A DNA stretch of 40,509 bases from a virus. Below are positions 23,485-32,000 of this stretch, one piece after another. Every line of letters begins with the position of its first letter. Within the stretch, counting starts at the first letter, position 1. Where the stretch lies: the IMG/VR virus record IMGVR_UViG_3300010271_000004, positions 1 through 40,509 of that record; one strand, written 5' to 3'. The translations under genes were made by a program, and so were the position numbers. A model generated the notes under the pieces. It saw only the letters and a program-made list of their open reading frames with translations. It ran no database searches and was not told where the DNA came from.

Positions 23485-24012
23485 ATGACAACTTATGAGA
23501 ACATCAATGATCAAGAGCTTAAAATAGCAAAAATATTGATTCAAATATTAAATACTTCCGAAAGGGATACATCTAAAATATCATATAATCAAACAAAAAC
23601 ATATTTAAGTGTATTATTTTATAATATTCCATGTATGAGAATTAAAAATGGGAAAAAAACAAAATTTATATCAATAAAAAATTACTTAAATTACACTCTT
23701 AAACTATGTAATAATATCAATTTTGTAGTCGGTAAGGATGGTTGGAGTAGGATTGATTTAGAAAATGAAATGGATGTATTGCAATTATCCCAACCTATTT
23801 TAGAGATATATGACTATTGTTATGCAAAATCATCTGGAGAATTATTCGGATGTTGTCATCGATATGTTGAATGTTCAGATAAAAGAAAATGTATAATAGA
23901 AGACAACCCATTATCAAAAGGTTGCATTTACAGACAAAATCTTATTAATGGAAAAATCTTTTATGGGAAAAATGCGAACCACGAAAAGGTGGTATCAAAT
24001 AATGTTGTTTGA
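23485..24012 (+). CDS. Orphan Cys-rich protein (175 aa)
   Basis: RBS AAGGAGAG. I recognise no family. The C-terminal cluster is FGCCHRYVECSDKRKC...GC. The stop overlaps the start of the next gene. Confidence 0.6.
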   Translation: MTTYENINDQELKIAKILIQILNTSERDTSKISYNQTKTYLSVLFYNIPCMRIKNGKKTKFISIKNYLNYTLKLCNNINFVVGKDGWSRIDLENEMDVLQLSQPILEIYDYCYAKSSGELFGCCHRYVECSDKRKCIIEDNPLSKGCIYRQNLINGKIFYGKNANHEKVVSNNVV

Positions 24013-24937
24013 TTTCGTTGCTATAGATTTTGAAACAGCTAATTCAAATTTTAACAGTGCATGTTCTATCGGCATTGCAGCAGTATCAAATGGCAAAATT
24101 GAAAAGACGGAATACTTTTTAATTCGTCCACCATCATTACAATTTAATAATAAAAATATTGAAATTAATGGTATAACTCCTGAAGATGTTAAGGACGCAC
24201 CATTTTTTTATGAAGTTTGGGGAAAAATCAAACATTATTTTTATAATAATATAATTGTCGCACATAATGCAATATTTGATATGACAATATTAAAAACTTG
24301 TTTATTAGAATATGAAATCGATATGCCAAATTTTACTTATCTATGTAGTATGCAATTATGCAACGCTATACATTTTGACAATTGTGTTGGAAACTCATTA
24401 AAAGATAAAGCTGAGTATTTTAATATCGAACTACCAAATCATCATAATGCTTTATGTGATGCAATAACATGTGCAAAATTAGTTATAGCTCTTCTTGATG
24501 AAATAAAAAAAGGAAACTTAAAACAAACAGATTTTAATAATTATATTACGCTATATTCCTTCTCTAATGTAAAACCTCAAAAATCTTTCCAAAAAAGTCG
24601 AAGAAAAGATTTTAAAAAAGTACTCATCTCAGAAATTAGACCCTCAAGCAACAATTTTGATAGATCTAACTTCTTCTATAATAAAAATGTTGTTTTTACC
24701 GGTGAACTTAAAACGTTAGACCGTAGAGAAGCTATGCAAAAAGTTGTAGACCGTGGTGGCATAATAAAAAGCTCTGTTTCTTCTAAGACAGATTGCCTTA
24801 TAGTTGGTATACAGGATAAATCTATTGTTGGTGAAGAAGGAATGAGTACAAAACAGAAAAAAGCATATGAGTTAAAAGCAAAAGGATATAACATAAAAAT
24901 TATTTTTGAAGATGAGTTCATTGACTTATTAGGATAA
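24002..24937 (+). CDS. DnaQ-like DEDDh 3'-5' exonuclease fused to a C-terminal BRCT domain
   Basis: Exo I is AIDFET, Exo II is VAHNAIFD and Exo III is HHNALCDA. The BRCT-like part is NVVFTGELKTLDRREAMQKVVDRGGIIKSSVSSKTDCLIVG. The start is refined to ATG 24002 after AAAGGTGG. Confidence 0.75.
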   Translation: MLFDFVAIDFETANSNFNSACSIGIAAVSNGKIEKTEYFLIRPPSLQFNNKNIEINGITPEDVKDAPFFYEVWGKIKHYFYNNIIVAHNAIFDMTILKTCLLEYEIDMPNFTYLCSMQLCNAIHFDNCVGNSLKDKAEYFNIELPNHHNALCDAITCAKLVIALLDEIKKGNLKQTDFNNYITLYSFSNVKPQKSFQKSRRKDFKKVLISEIRPSSNNFDRSNFFYNKNVVFTGELKTLDRREAMQKVVDRGGIIKSSVSSKTDCLIVGIQDKSIVGEEGMSTKQKKAYELKAKGYNIKIIFEDEFIDLLG

Positions 24938-25027
24938 GATGCCATCCTGTATAATCAAAATTAAAAACAAAAACTTTAAACTACGGAATGGTTATTGATA
25001 TTTATTATTAGAAAGGAGTGATTACAA

Positions 25028-26125
25028 ATGAAAATCAGCAAACATGCCAGGGGGAATTACTACACCACATTCAAGGGAAAGTTCATCTACGGATCAACCC
25101 CTGAGGAAGTGAAGGAAAAATACGACGAGCTGAAATACCAATATCGGCAAGGGTACAACGTCGACAAGAACCCCACACTGGAAGACTATATGATTCTGTG
25201 GTATAACACTCATAAAAAGGGCCAGGGCGCACTGAAAACCCAGGAGATGTACCGGAACTGTATAAACAACCACATCAACCCGGCCTTAGGTCACAAACGG
25301 TTGAAGGAAATAACCGCTACCCAGGTTCAGGCGTTGCTGAACAGTATAACGAGTTCTAAAAGCCTTGCCCATAAGGTGCGGATCACCCTGAACCAAATAT
25401 TTAAGCAGGCCATGGCTGACAGGCTGGTTAATTTCAACCCGGTGCAGGCCTGCAAGGTGATAGCGCCGGACAAGCCTAAGCGCGAATTCCTTTCTGGCGC
25501 ACAAAGAGAGAAACTGCTTGAAATTCTGAAAGACAATAGGCTATATCCACTCATATACACCATGCTTTATACCGGTATGCGTCAGGGTGAAGCTCTGGCG
25601 CTCACCTGGTCTGACATTGATTTTGAAAACAAACGTATAATTGTTTCAAAAGCCATTGAATACGAAAAATCAAAGTCAAGAACCAAAGATCCAAAGACAG
25701 AAAGAGGTTTCCGGCAAATACCTATACCGGAAGAACTTGCGGAATATCTCCAGGAGTACAAAAAGAAAACCAAAAGCATATATGTATTTCCCGGCCATGC
25801 CGGAGGCTTGATGGGGCTAACGGAACTAAATAACCATTGGCGGAAGGCGCAAAAGAAAATTAAAAAATGGTTTGAAAACAACCCAGATGCCGGCATCGAA
25901 CCTTTCAATCTTACCTGCAGGTTACTACGTCACACATATTGCACCGGTCTGTTTGATGCAGAGATAGACGAAGTTTCCGCAGCCGAAATAATGGGGCACG
26001 ATGTTAGTATCATGCGGGAGGTTTATACTCACATTTCAGATGAAAGAAAAAAGGCAACTGTTGAAAAAATTGAAGCGTTGTATAAGACAAAAAAGCAATC
26101 AAAAAAAGAGGCAGCGTCAAAATAA
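25028..26125 (+). CDS. int: Tyrosine integrase
   Basis: ...TGMRQGEALALTWSDID..., ...LLRHTYCTGL... and ...GHDVSIMREVYTH match the R...HxxR...Y catalytic pattern of phage integrases. Confidence 0.9.
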   Translation: MKISKHARGNYYTTFKGKFIYGSTPEEVKEKYDELKYQYRQGYNVDKNPTLEDYMILWYNTHKKGQGALKTQEMYRNCINNHINPALGHKRLKEITATQVQALLNSITSSKSLAHKVRITLNQIFKQAMADRLVNFNPVQACKVIAPDKPKREFLSGAQREKLLEILKDNRLYPLIYTMLYTGMRQGEALALTWSDIDFENKRIIVSKAIEYEKSKSRTKDPKTERGFRQIPIPEELAEYLQEYKKKTKSIYVFPGHAGGLMGLTELNNHWRKAQKKIKKWFENNPDAGIEPFNLTCRLLRHTYCTGLFDAEIDEVSAAEIMGHDVSIMREVYTHISDERKKATVEKIEALYKTKKQSKKEAASK

Positions 26126-26175
26126 TTTCACAATATTTTTCACAACATTTCACAAGATTTTTAAGAATTTCACAA
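26126..26175 (+). repeat. Arm-type repeats TTTCACAA x4 (P arm)
   Basis: Copies lie at 26126, 26138, 26148 and 26168, all in the same orientation. Confidence 0.7.
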
Positions 26176-26225
26176 CACGTTTTAATGTTTTTAAACACTT
26201 CAATTTGTTTTTTTTTCTAAAGAAC

Positions 26226-26250
26226 AAAACCGCCCAATTAAGGCGGTTTT
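26226..26250 (+). terminator. Intrinsic terminator after int
   Basis: AAAACCGCC-caattaa-GGCGGTTTT. Confidence 0.65.
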
Positions 26251-26264
26251 CTAAGATTTCTATC

Positions 26265-26311
26265 TGGTACACCATCAGGGACTCGAACCCTGGACACCCT
26301 GATTAAGAGTC
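26265..26311 (-). other. attP core: 3' portion (anticodon loop to CCA) of a tRNA-Lys(CUU)
   Basis: The minus strand reads GACTCTTAATCAGGGTGTCCAGGGTTCGAGTCCCTGATGGTGTACCA. That gives anticodon loop CTCTTAA, T-arm CAGGG-TTCGAGT-CCCTG, a 3' acceptor strand and CCA. There is no D-arm or 5' acceptor strand upstream. Confidence 0.8.
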
Positions 26312-26374
26312 AAAAAAGTTAAAAATCCTTGTAAGTATTGATACTACTGGTATTAACGCTATTTTTAATAAATG

Positions 26375-26394
26375 TTTCACAACCTTTTTCACAA
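26375..26394 (+). repeat. Arm-type repeats TTTCACAA x2 (P' arm)
   Basis: Copies lie at 26375 and 26387, in the same orientation as the four copies left of the core. Confidence 0.65.
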
Positions 26395-26480
26395 CTTTTT
26401 TAAATTTTAAATGATATTTGATAGCTTGTTATAACATCCTAAAAAATAAACCCGAACCTTCCGGGGAATTTTTACATCAG

Positions 26481-26510
26481 AAAAAATAAAGGGCAGCCGA
26501 AGCCGCCCTT
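26481..26510 (-). terminator. Intrinsic terminator after the endolysin gene
   Basis: The minus strand reads AAGGGCGGC-UUCG-GCUGCCCUU followed by UAUUUUUU. Confidence 0.75.
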
Positions 26511-27225
26511 AATCTTTATATCCTAACACTCTTGCAAGCAACGCAAATAATTCCCCTCTTGTCACCGGATCATCGAATCTTGTCTCCGAGATGGTAATTC
26601 CTTTACTCTTAAGATAATCATAATACTTTTGTGCCCAATGTTCCACTTTTGCAACCTCCTTCTTTTCCACTATGCCTAAATGGTCTTTTATACCTTCTAC
26701 AATAGCAGTAGCCATTATCTCCTGCCATCTTGCACTTGCAAGGATTTGTTCTTCAGTAGGATTGCTTATAAAAGCTAATTCTACAAGTACAGCAGGCATT
26801 GAGGTATCTCTTATTACTGCAAAGTTACCTTCCTTTACTCCTCTGTTTGTTAATCCTACTGCATGTATTAGCCTATCTTGTATACATCTTGCCAATTTCT
26901 CTCCATTGCCGCCAAATTTGTAGCAGAATGTTTCTGTGCCACGTGCGGTAGAGCTTGCGCTATTGCAATGTATACTTATGAAATAATTTGCACCCCAGTT
27001 ATTAGCAACATTACATCTTTGTTTTAAGTCTGAACTGCTGTTGCCGCCATAGTAAGGTATATCACCATTACGATACATTTTTGTTTCAATGCCTATTGCT
27101 TGCAATTTAGCATTTACTAACTTAGCAACCGCAAGAGTAACATCAGCCTCTAATAATCCACTTGGGCCTACTGCCCCCGGATCTATTCCACGGCCATTAT
27201 GTCCGGGATCTATAAATATCTTCAT
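26509..27225 (-). CDS. Endolysin: N-acetylmuramoyl-L-alanine amidase (Amidase_3) with a C-terminal SLH-like domain
   Basis: MKIFIDPGHNG...SIHCNS...ELAFISN is the amidase_3 pattern. The C-terminus EHWAQKYYDYLKSKGITISETRFDDPVTRGELFALLARVLG resembles an S-layer homology motif. Confidence 0.85.
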   Translation of the reverse strand: MKIFIDPGHNGRGIDPGAVGPSGLLEADVTLAVAKLVNAKLQAIGIETKMYRNGDIPYYGGNSSSDLKQRCNVANNWGANYFISIHCNSASSTARGTETFCYKFGGNGEKLARCIQDRLIHAVGLTNRGVKEGNFAVIRDTSMPAVLVELAFISNPTEEQILASARWQEIMATAIVEGIKDHLGIVEKKEVAKVEHWAQKYYDYLKSKGITISETRFDDPVTRGELFALLARVLGYKD

Positions 27226-27695
27226 TTCTGTACACCTTCTTTCGTTTCCCCTTGCTGCTCAACCATTTTACCGATAACGGCTAAAGCAGAGAGTAAAAAT
27301 TTAGGAAGTGGAACGCCTATTTTTGCTAAGTTTTCAAGTATAGATACCCATTCGTTAATTATTAGCCATACCGTAACCAACACACCAAAAAAAGCCGGTA
27401 TATTAACCCGTAATTCTATGCTATTGGCTAAATATTGTATTATATAATCTAGTCCAAAACCTACAGCAACAGCTATTCCGTAACACAGCTTTTTTATTAT
27501 CCCATGCCACCCTTTTCTGGATGATAACTCTCCATTAATTCCTGCAGCAATCATTCCAGTTGTATAGTCTCCTATAAGACTTAGAAACAAAATTACAAAT
27601 ATAGGTATGTAAGCATTTATTGATGCTAATATAGTAGCAGTTAAGAACGAAATAATTGCTTTTGATGATGTATACGTATTATCCGTCATTAACAT
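27222..27695 (-). CDS. Holin (phage_holin_4 / TcdE-like class)
   Basis: 157 aa with three or more hydrophobic segments. It lies immediately upstream of the amidase and overlaps it. Confidence 0.75.
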   Translation of the reverse strand: MLMTDNTYTSSKAIISFLTATILASINAYIPIFVILFLSLIGDYTTGMIAAGINGELSSRKGWHGIIKKLCYGIAVAVGFGLDYIIQYLANSIELRVNIPAFFGVLVTVWLIINEWVSILENLAKIGVPLPKFLLSALAVIGKMVEQQGETKEGVQK

Positions 27696-27801
27696 TCATC
27701 CTTTCGTATAAAAATTAAACAGGAGCGAAATAAATCACTCCTGCAATGTTTAACTATTTAACTACACTTTATTATTGTCGGACTATAATCCTATTATGAA
27801 T

Positions 27802-27826
27802 TAAAAAAGAGAGGTTTATCCTCTCT
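27802..27826 (-). terminator. Intrinsic terminator retained behind the acetyltransferase remnant
   Basis: The minus strand reads AGAGAGG-ataaa-CCTCTCT followed by TTTTTT. The stem overlaps the TAG stop codon. Confidence 0.7.
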
Positions 27827-27903
27827 ATAAAGACCATTCAATATTTTCTTTAATTATCTTAGCAGGATTTCCTGCTACCACACTATTTGGCGGAACATCC
27901 TTT
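27825..27903 (-). pseudogene. Hexapeptide-repeat O-acetyltransferase, C-terminal remnant
   Basis: It translates to KDVPPNSVVAGNPAKIIKENIEWSL*, the characteristic C-terminus of Maa/LacA-type acetyltransferases. Confidence 0.7.
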
Positions 27904-28111
27904 CTGAAACTCTGCGTGGCTAAAGCCAGCAGGTTCTAACGTACTTTCCAACTTCTGCACTAACCCGAAAGTATAGTGCCACTAATTGGTTTCCGTTAGA
28001 CTTTTACTACCAATTGTTCCTACGAACAAATTAACGGTAGTTTAGGCTCGTTTCAAAACCTGTCTTCATCCCAACGACTAAAGTCGTAGGCTTTCGGCTA
28101 AGTTTTTTGTA
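27904..28111 (-). other. 208-nt non-coding, highly structured insert separating the two acetyltransferase fragments
   Basis: There is no ORF. Local hairpins are 28087-83/28078-74, 28029-24/28019-14, 27979-74/27962-57 and 27932-25/27920-12. Long-range complements are CAGGUU 28062-57 with AACCUG 27935-30, and CCGUUA 28037-32 with UAACGG 27998-93. Confidence 0.5.
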
Positions 28112-28197
28112 ACGCCTTTCAGTATTGTTACTCTACTTCCAATCCAAACCTTATTTCCTATTTTGATTGGTCTTGTAGAATTTTTAATATTTAGCAA
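28112..28197 (-). pseudogene. Hexapeptide-repeat O-acetyltransferase, internal remnant
   Basis: It translates to ...NSTRPIKIGNKVWIGSRVTILKGV, a left-handed beta-helix hexapeptide pattern. No N-terminal two-thirds of the gene and no credible start are present. Confidence 0.65.
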
Positions 28198-29002
28198 TCA
28201 ACAAGATTGTAAAATGTGTTTCATTTGGTAACGTATTTAGTTGTGCTGGTGTTGTAAGGTTATCTGTTGGATAAAATGAGATTCTTGCTTTATTATTAAA
28301 CGAATATGAACACCTTGCAATATAATTATTGCTGATTGCATAGTATTCTTGCGATACAATTGCCCCAGCTCTTAAAGATGGATGAAGTGGTGATGTAAAT
28401 GTAACTTCCAATTCTGTTGAAGAATATTGGGAAATAGTACAATTATCATAGTAAAAATCTGTTCTCACTTCCCAGTTTCCCGCATTTTTTCTTATCGTTG
28501 CTGTTCTTATATCTGTTGATTTTTGTTGTTCTTGTGATAAAACTTCGATTCTTATATTACGAATCTTAAATTCACCAACGTCTGATGTCCATATCCCCGC
28601 AGTAACTCTATGATATTTATTTTCCCTTACAACAAATTTCATAGTTACTTTTTCCCATTCATTAGTCTTTTGTGATGATACATGTCCTGCATTTGTATAT
28701 TCATTTAAATTATTTGTTGAAGAATTATCTACAGCAATTTTTGCCATAGTTCCACTTATGTTATATACTTCCATTGATACATTAATAATATCTCCAACTC
28801 TTAAAAATCCTAAATTTTCTAATACATATCCCTGCATAGTATTATCAACATTTATTTGTGCTGACATTGTTGTATCATCATAAGTCCATTGATTTACAGC
28901 GAGTGGTAAAGACGAAACATAATAAGGTTTTAAGGTAGGAAAAATATTTGCGTTAAAATCATCTTTGGTTAATACAGCATAATATTTTCTATCATAAAGC
29001 AT
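28184..29002 (-). CDS. Tail fibre-associated / receptor-binding accessory protein (hypothetical)
   Basis: 272-aa beta-rich ORF following the large fibre gene. The call rests on synteny only. Confidence 0.5.
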   Translation of the reverse strand: MLYDRKYYAVLTKDDFNANIFPTLKPYYVSSLPLAVNQWTYDDTTMSAQINVDNTMQGYVLENLGFLRVGDIINVSMEVYNISGTMAKIAVDNSSTNNLNEYTNAGHVSSQKTNEWEKVTMKFVVRENKYHRVTAGIWTSDVGEFKIRNIRIEVLSQEQQKSTDIRTATIRKNAGNWEVRTDFYYDNCTISQYSSTELEVTFTSPLHPSLRAGAIVSQEYYAISNNYIARCSYSFNNKARISFYPTDNLTTPAQLNTLPNETHFTILLIAKY

Positions 29003-29016
29003 ATAAAATCACCTCC

Positions 29017-32000
29017 TTAACCACACAATATATTACTCGTTATAAAGTCTATTCCGTTTGTTTCTAATGTTTTTGCTGTATTAAAATTATCAACTGTCCA
29101 TGTGTTAATTAAAATACCATTACTATGGCATAACTCTATATTTTCTTTTGTTGCTGATGTGTAATAAGTATCCATCATTGCATTACCAAGCGATTTTACA
29201 AAATTTAAATCATCTATTGTCATAGAAGATGTTACAAGCTGTAATACTATTTTTTTACTTCTATTTCTAACCTCTGTTAATGCTGTTCTGTTAAAAGAAA
29301 TAATAATAGCCTTAGTTTCAAAGTCTAACTTTTTCAAAAGATTTATTAGCGAATCATAGTCTGATGTGTTATTTGCTGCTTTAATTCCTATGACAGGAAC
29401 CATACCCCATTTTTTACATACATATAAATATTCTTCCAAAGTCGGTATTTTCAGATTTGGATAAAGTGAAATATTGTTACCCGCATCTATTGTTAAACTT
29501 TTTAATTCTGCAAGTGTTTTATCTGATACTTTACCAGTTCCATTTGTCATTCTATCTACTGTGTCATCATGGTGTAATACCCAAACTCCATCTTTTGAAG
29601 TATAAATATCACATTCGACCCCCCAAAATCCTAATTCTCCAGCTAATTCATATGAAGGTAAAGTATTTTCTGGTGCTATTAAACTTGCACCCCTATGACC
29701 TATATATTTAACTTTACCTATTGGATTTTGGCTTTGAACATAATTCACACTATCTGCCAAGTCCGCAGTAACATTATCAATTCTATTACTATTACTCTGA
29801 ACTCTCAAATCTACATTATCAACCTTATTCTGTATTTCACTCTTAGCCTTGACTAAATCTTCTAATGTTGTACGACTGTTTAAAGGTGCCTTAATACTAA
29901 CCGTGGGCTGTGTACTATCTTTAGTTGTTTTGTATGCGTACCAAATCAAGTCTCCCTCAACTGCATATGTACTGGTAAAACCAAGTCCATCTGCTGCAAC
30001 TGTACACGTATCAGTTATATCAATTTCATAACCTGTTTCTTTATCAGTCCATATGACTGTTTCTAGTTTCTGTATCGGATTGTTTATATCAGCTATTTGT
30101 ATGCCGTTTACCTCGTCATAGAAATCAAAGTCATGTACGATACCTGTTTCAACGATTATTGTACCATTTGGATAGCTGTCAAGGTGTCCGACAACAGTTG
30201 CAGGCCGCACAACGGGATTCAATAATTGATAATTTAACGAAGTTGTACCAAGCCCTGTCCTTGCTGCTGATATATCAGCATAAGTACCTTTATCAACAAT
30301 AATCCATAGAGTTTTATCTGTATGCCAATAATACTTACCTACGCTTGTTTCAAGGTCAATATCAGCCTGTGCTACTTCTATAAGCTCTATACCGTTTTTA
30401 TCATAGTATCTTGTCATGCCATCTGCGGCTGTTGTCCCTGCTTTCGCATCTGAAAATGCTGTAGTTTTAATAACATCTACATTAGTATAAGTTGTAGTAT
30501 CAATACTGTCATAAACAGTATCGCTTATTGCAGTATCATCACTAACATTTTGCTTATGGCAATACTTGCCATTAGCATCTGCGTATAATTCATCTTTAGT
30601 GCCGTTTGGCAATGAACGCATTGGCAGGATGTTTCCGTTTTCGTCTGTGGCTTTGGTGTACATGCTACCGCCAACACCGTATTCGGAATATTCTACATCT
30701 TGATTACCTTCTGTAATCATAAGTGTATCAAGTTGTATACGAACACGATAAGGTGCACTTCCATATGACAAAAAGATGTAATCTATTGATTTTCCTGCCG
30801 TACTATTAGATTTATTTGTTTGATAAGTTGTGCTATTTACTCTACCTAAAATAGAAATGCTTCCGTCCGTGTATTTAACAACAAAATGCGCAGTACTTCC
30901 AGTCACTCTCCATGTAATGTTGAATCTGTACTGTGTATTAGGCTTGAACATTCCTTTCATAAAAGGTTTATCATGTAATCTGTGGATTGTATATTCTATC
31001 ACTTCATGTCCGTTTTCTGTTGTAACATAAGCAGTATTATCATACGTTTTAACATAAGTAATAAAATCTTTTTTGTTAAATAAATTAACCGTACTTGTCA
31101 ACCTTAATGCGCCAAGTGTAGATTTAGTGCCGTCAAAATAATAAGGAAACATTTTAATCAATTCATCATCTGTTTTATTTTCAAGACTGTTTTCTGTGAT
31201 ATCTATAAGAAAAATATTATCAAAGTAATATTTTACACCAGTACCCGTATAAGAACCTACTTTACCGTAAAGTCTAATAAGCATAGCAGGTTCAGAATAT
31301 ACAGTTGATATTGTACATTTAACACATGACAAACCTGCTCCAGTAACATAATTCCCATGTTGAGCATAATAATCTCCATTAGCCTCTTTATTGAAAATTG
31401 ATATTCTGCCACCATTTTTTACAGATGTGATTGCAAAATATGTATGACCTACAATTGGTTTAAAATATGTTTGTTGTACATAATGCTCTGACGTAACTGT
31501 GTTTTCCGTAAATTCTAATTGTCCATTAATAACTGCAATACTACCTTGTGAGGCTAACCAACCTGTAGAATCATTTTCAAAACTGCCATTTTGTATTAAA
31601 TTAGTTATTGTATTCCCTTTAATACTTTCTACGCTAATTTGTCCTTTCTCAACGGTAGAAGGGAAACTGTGGATTGACGATGTGAATTCTTCTGTGAGGT
31701 ATGCATGATTGAATACTTCTTCTTCTATTTCTTCAAGCCTGTCTGTAGCTTGTGGGAATGACTTACCTCTTGCTATAGATGTTCTCATATTTATTACTTC
31801 TGCTTCTTCCTGTTGTGCTGTGGAAAGATTATCCCACATTGTTTGTATGTTTTCTCTTGCATTATTAGCATTATCTGCTGCTGTCTGTGCTTCTGTTGCT
31901 TTTTCTTCTGCCAATTGTGCTTTTTGATTGGCATTACTTGCAGCTTGGTTAGTGTCACTTATTGCTGTTGCTGTTTTTTGTATTAAGTCTGTTAGGATGG

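Noticed and set aside
23948-24001. Longer start (MEKSFMGKMRTTKRWYQI...) for the exonuclease gene
   Set aside because: This extension lies wholly inside the 175-aa ORF in another frame and has no RBS. The ATG at 24002 is preceded by AAAGGTGG and begins directly at the conserved Exo I segment.
26265-26340. A complete tRNA gene
   Set aside because: Only the anticodon loop, variable region, T-arm, 3' acceptor strand and CCA are present. The upstream sequence has no D-arm (no GCTCAGT-TGG-type motif) and no complementary 5' acceptor strand. It is an attP core fragment.
27904-28111. Small self-cleaving ribozyme (hammerhead or twister type) or group II intron domain V in the structured insert
   Set aside because: No CUGAUGA...GAAA hammerhead core was found on either strand. 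The 34-nt stretch starting GAGCC (28048..28015) does not fold into the domain V helix. Nothing else matched a motif I can recall, and only covariance-model searches can settle this.
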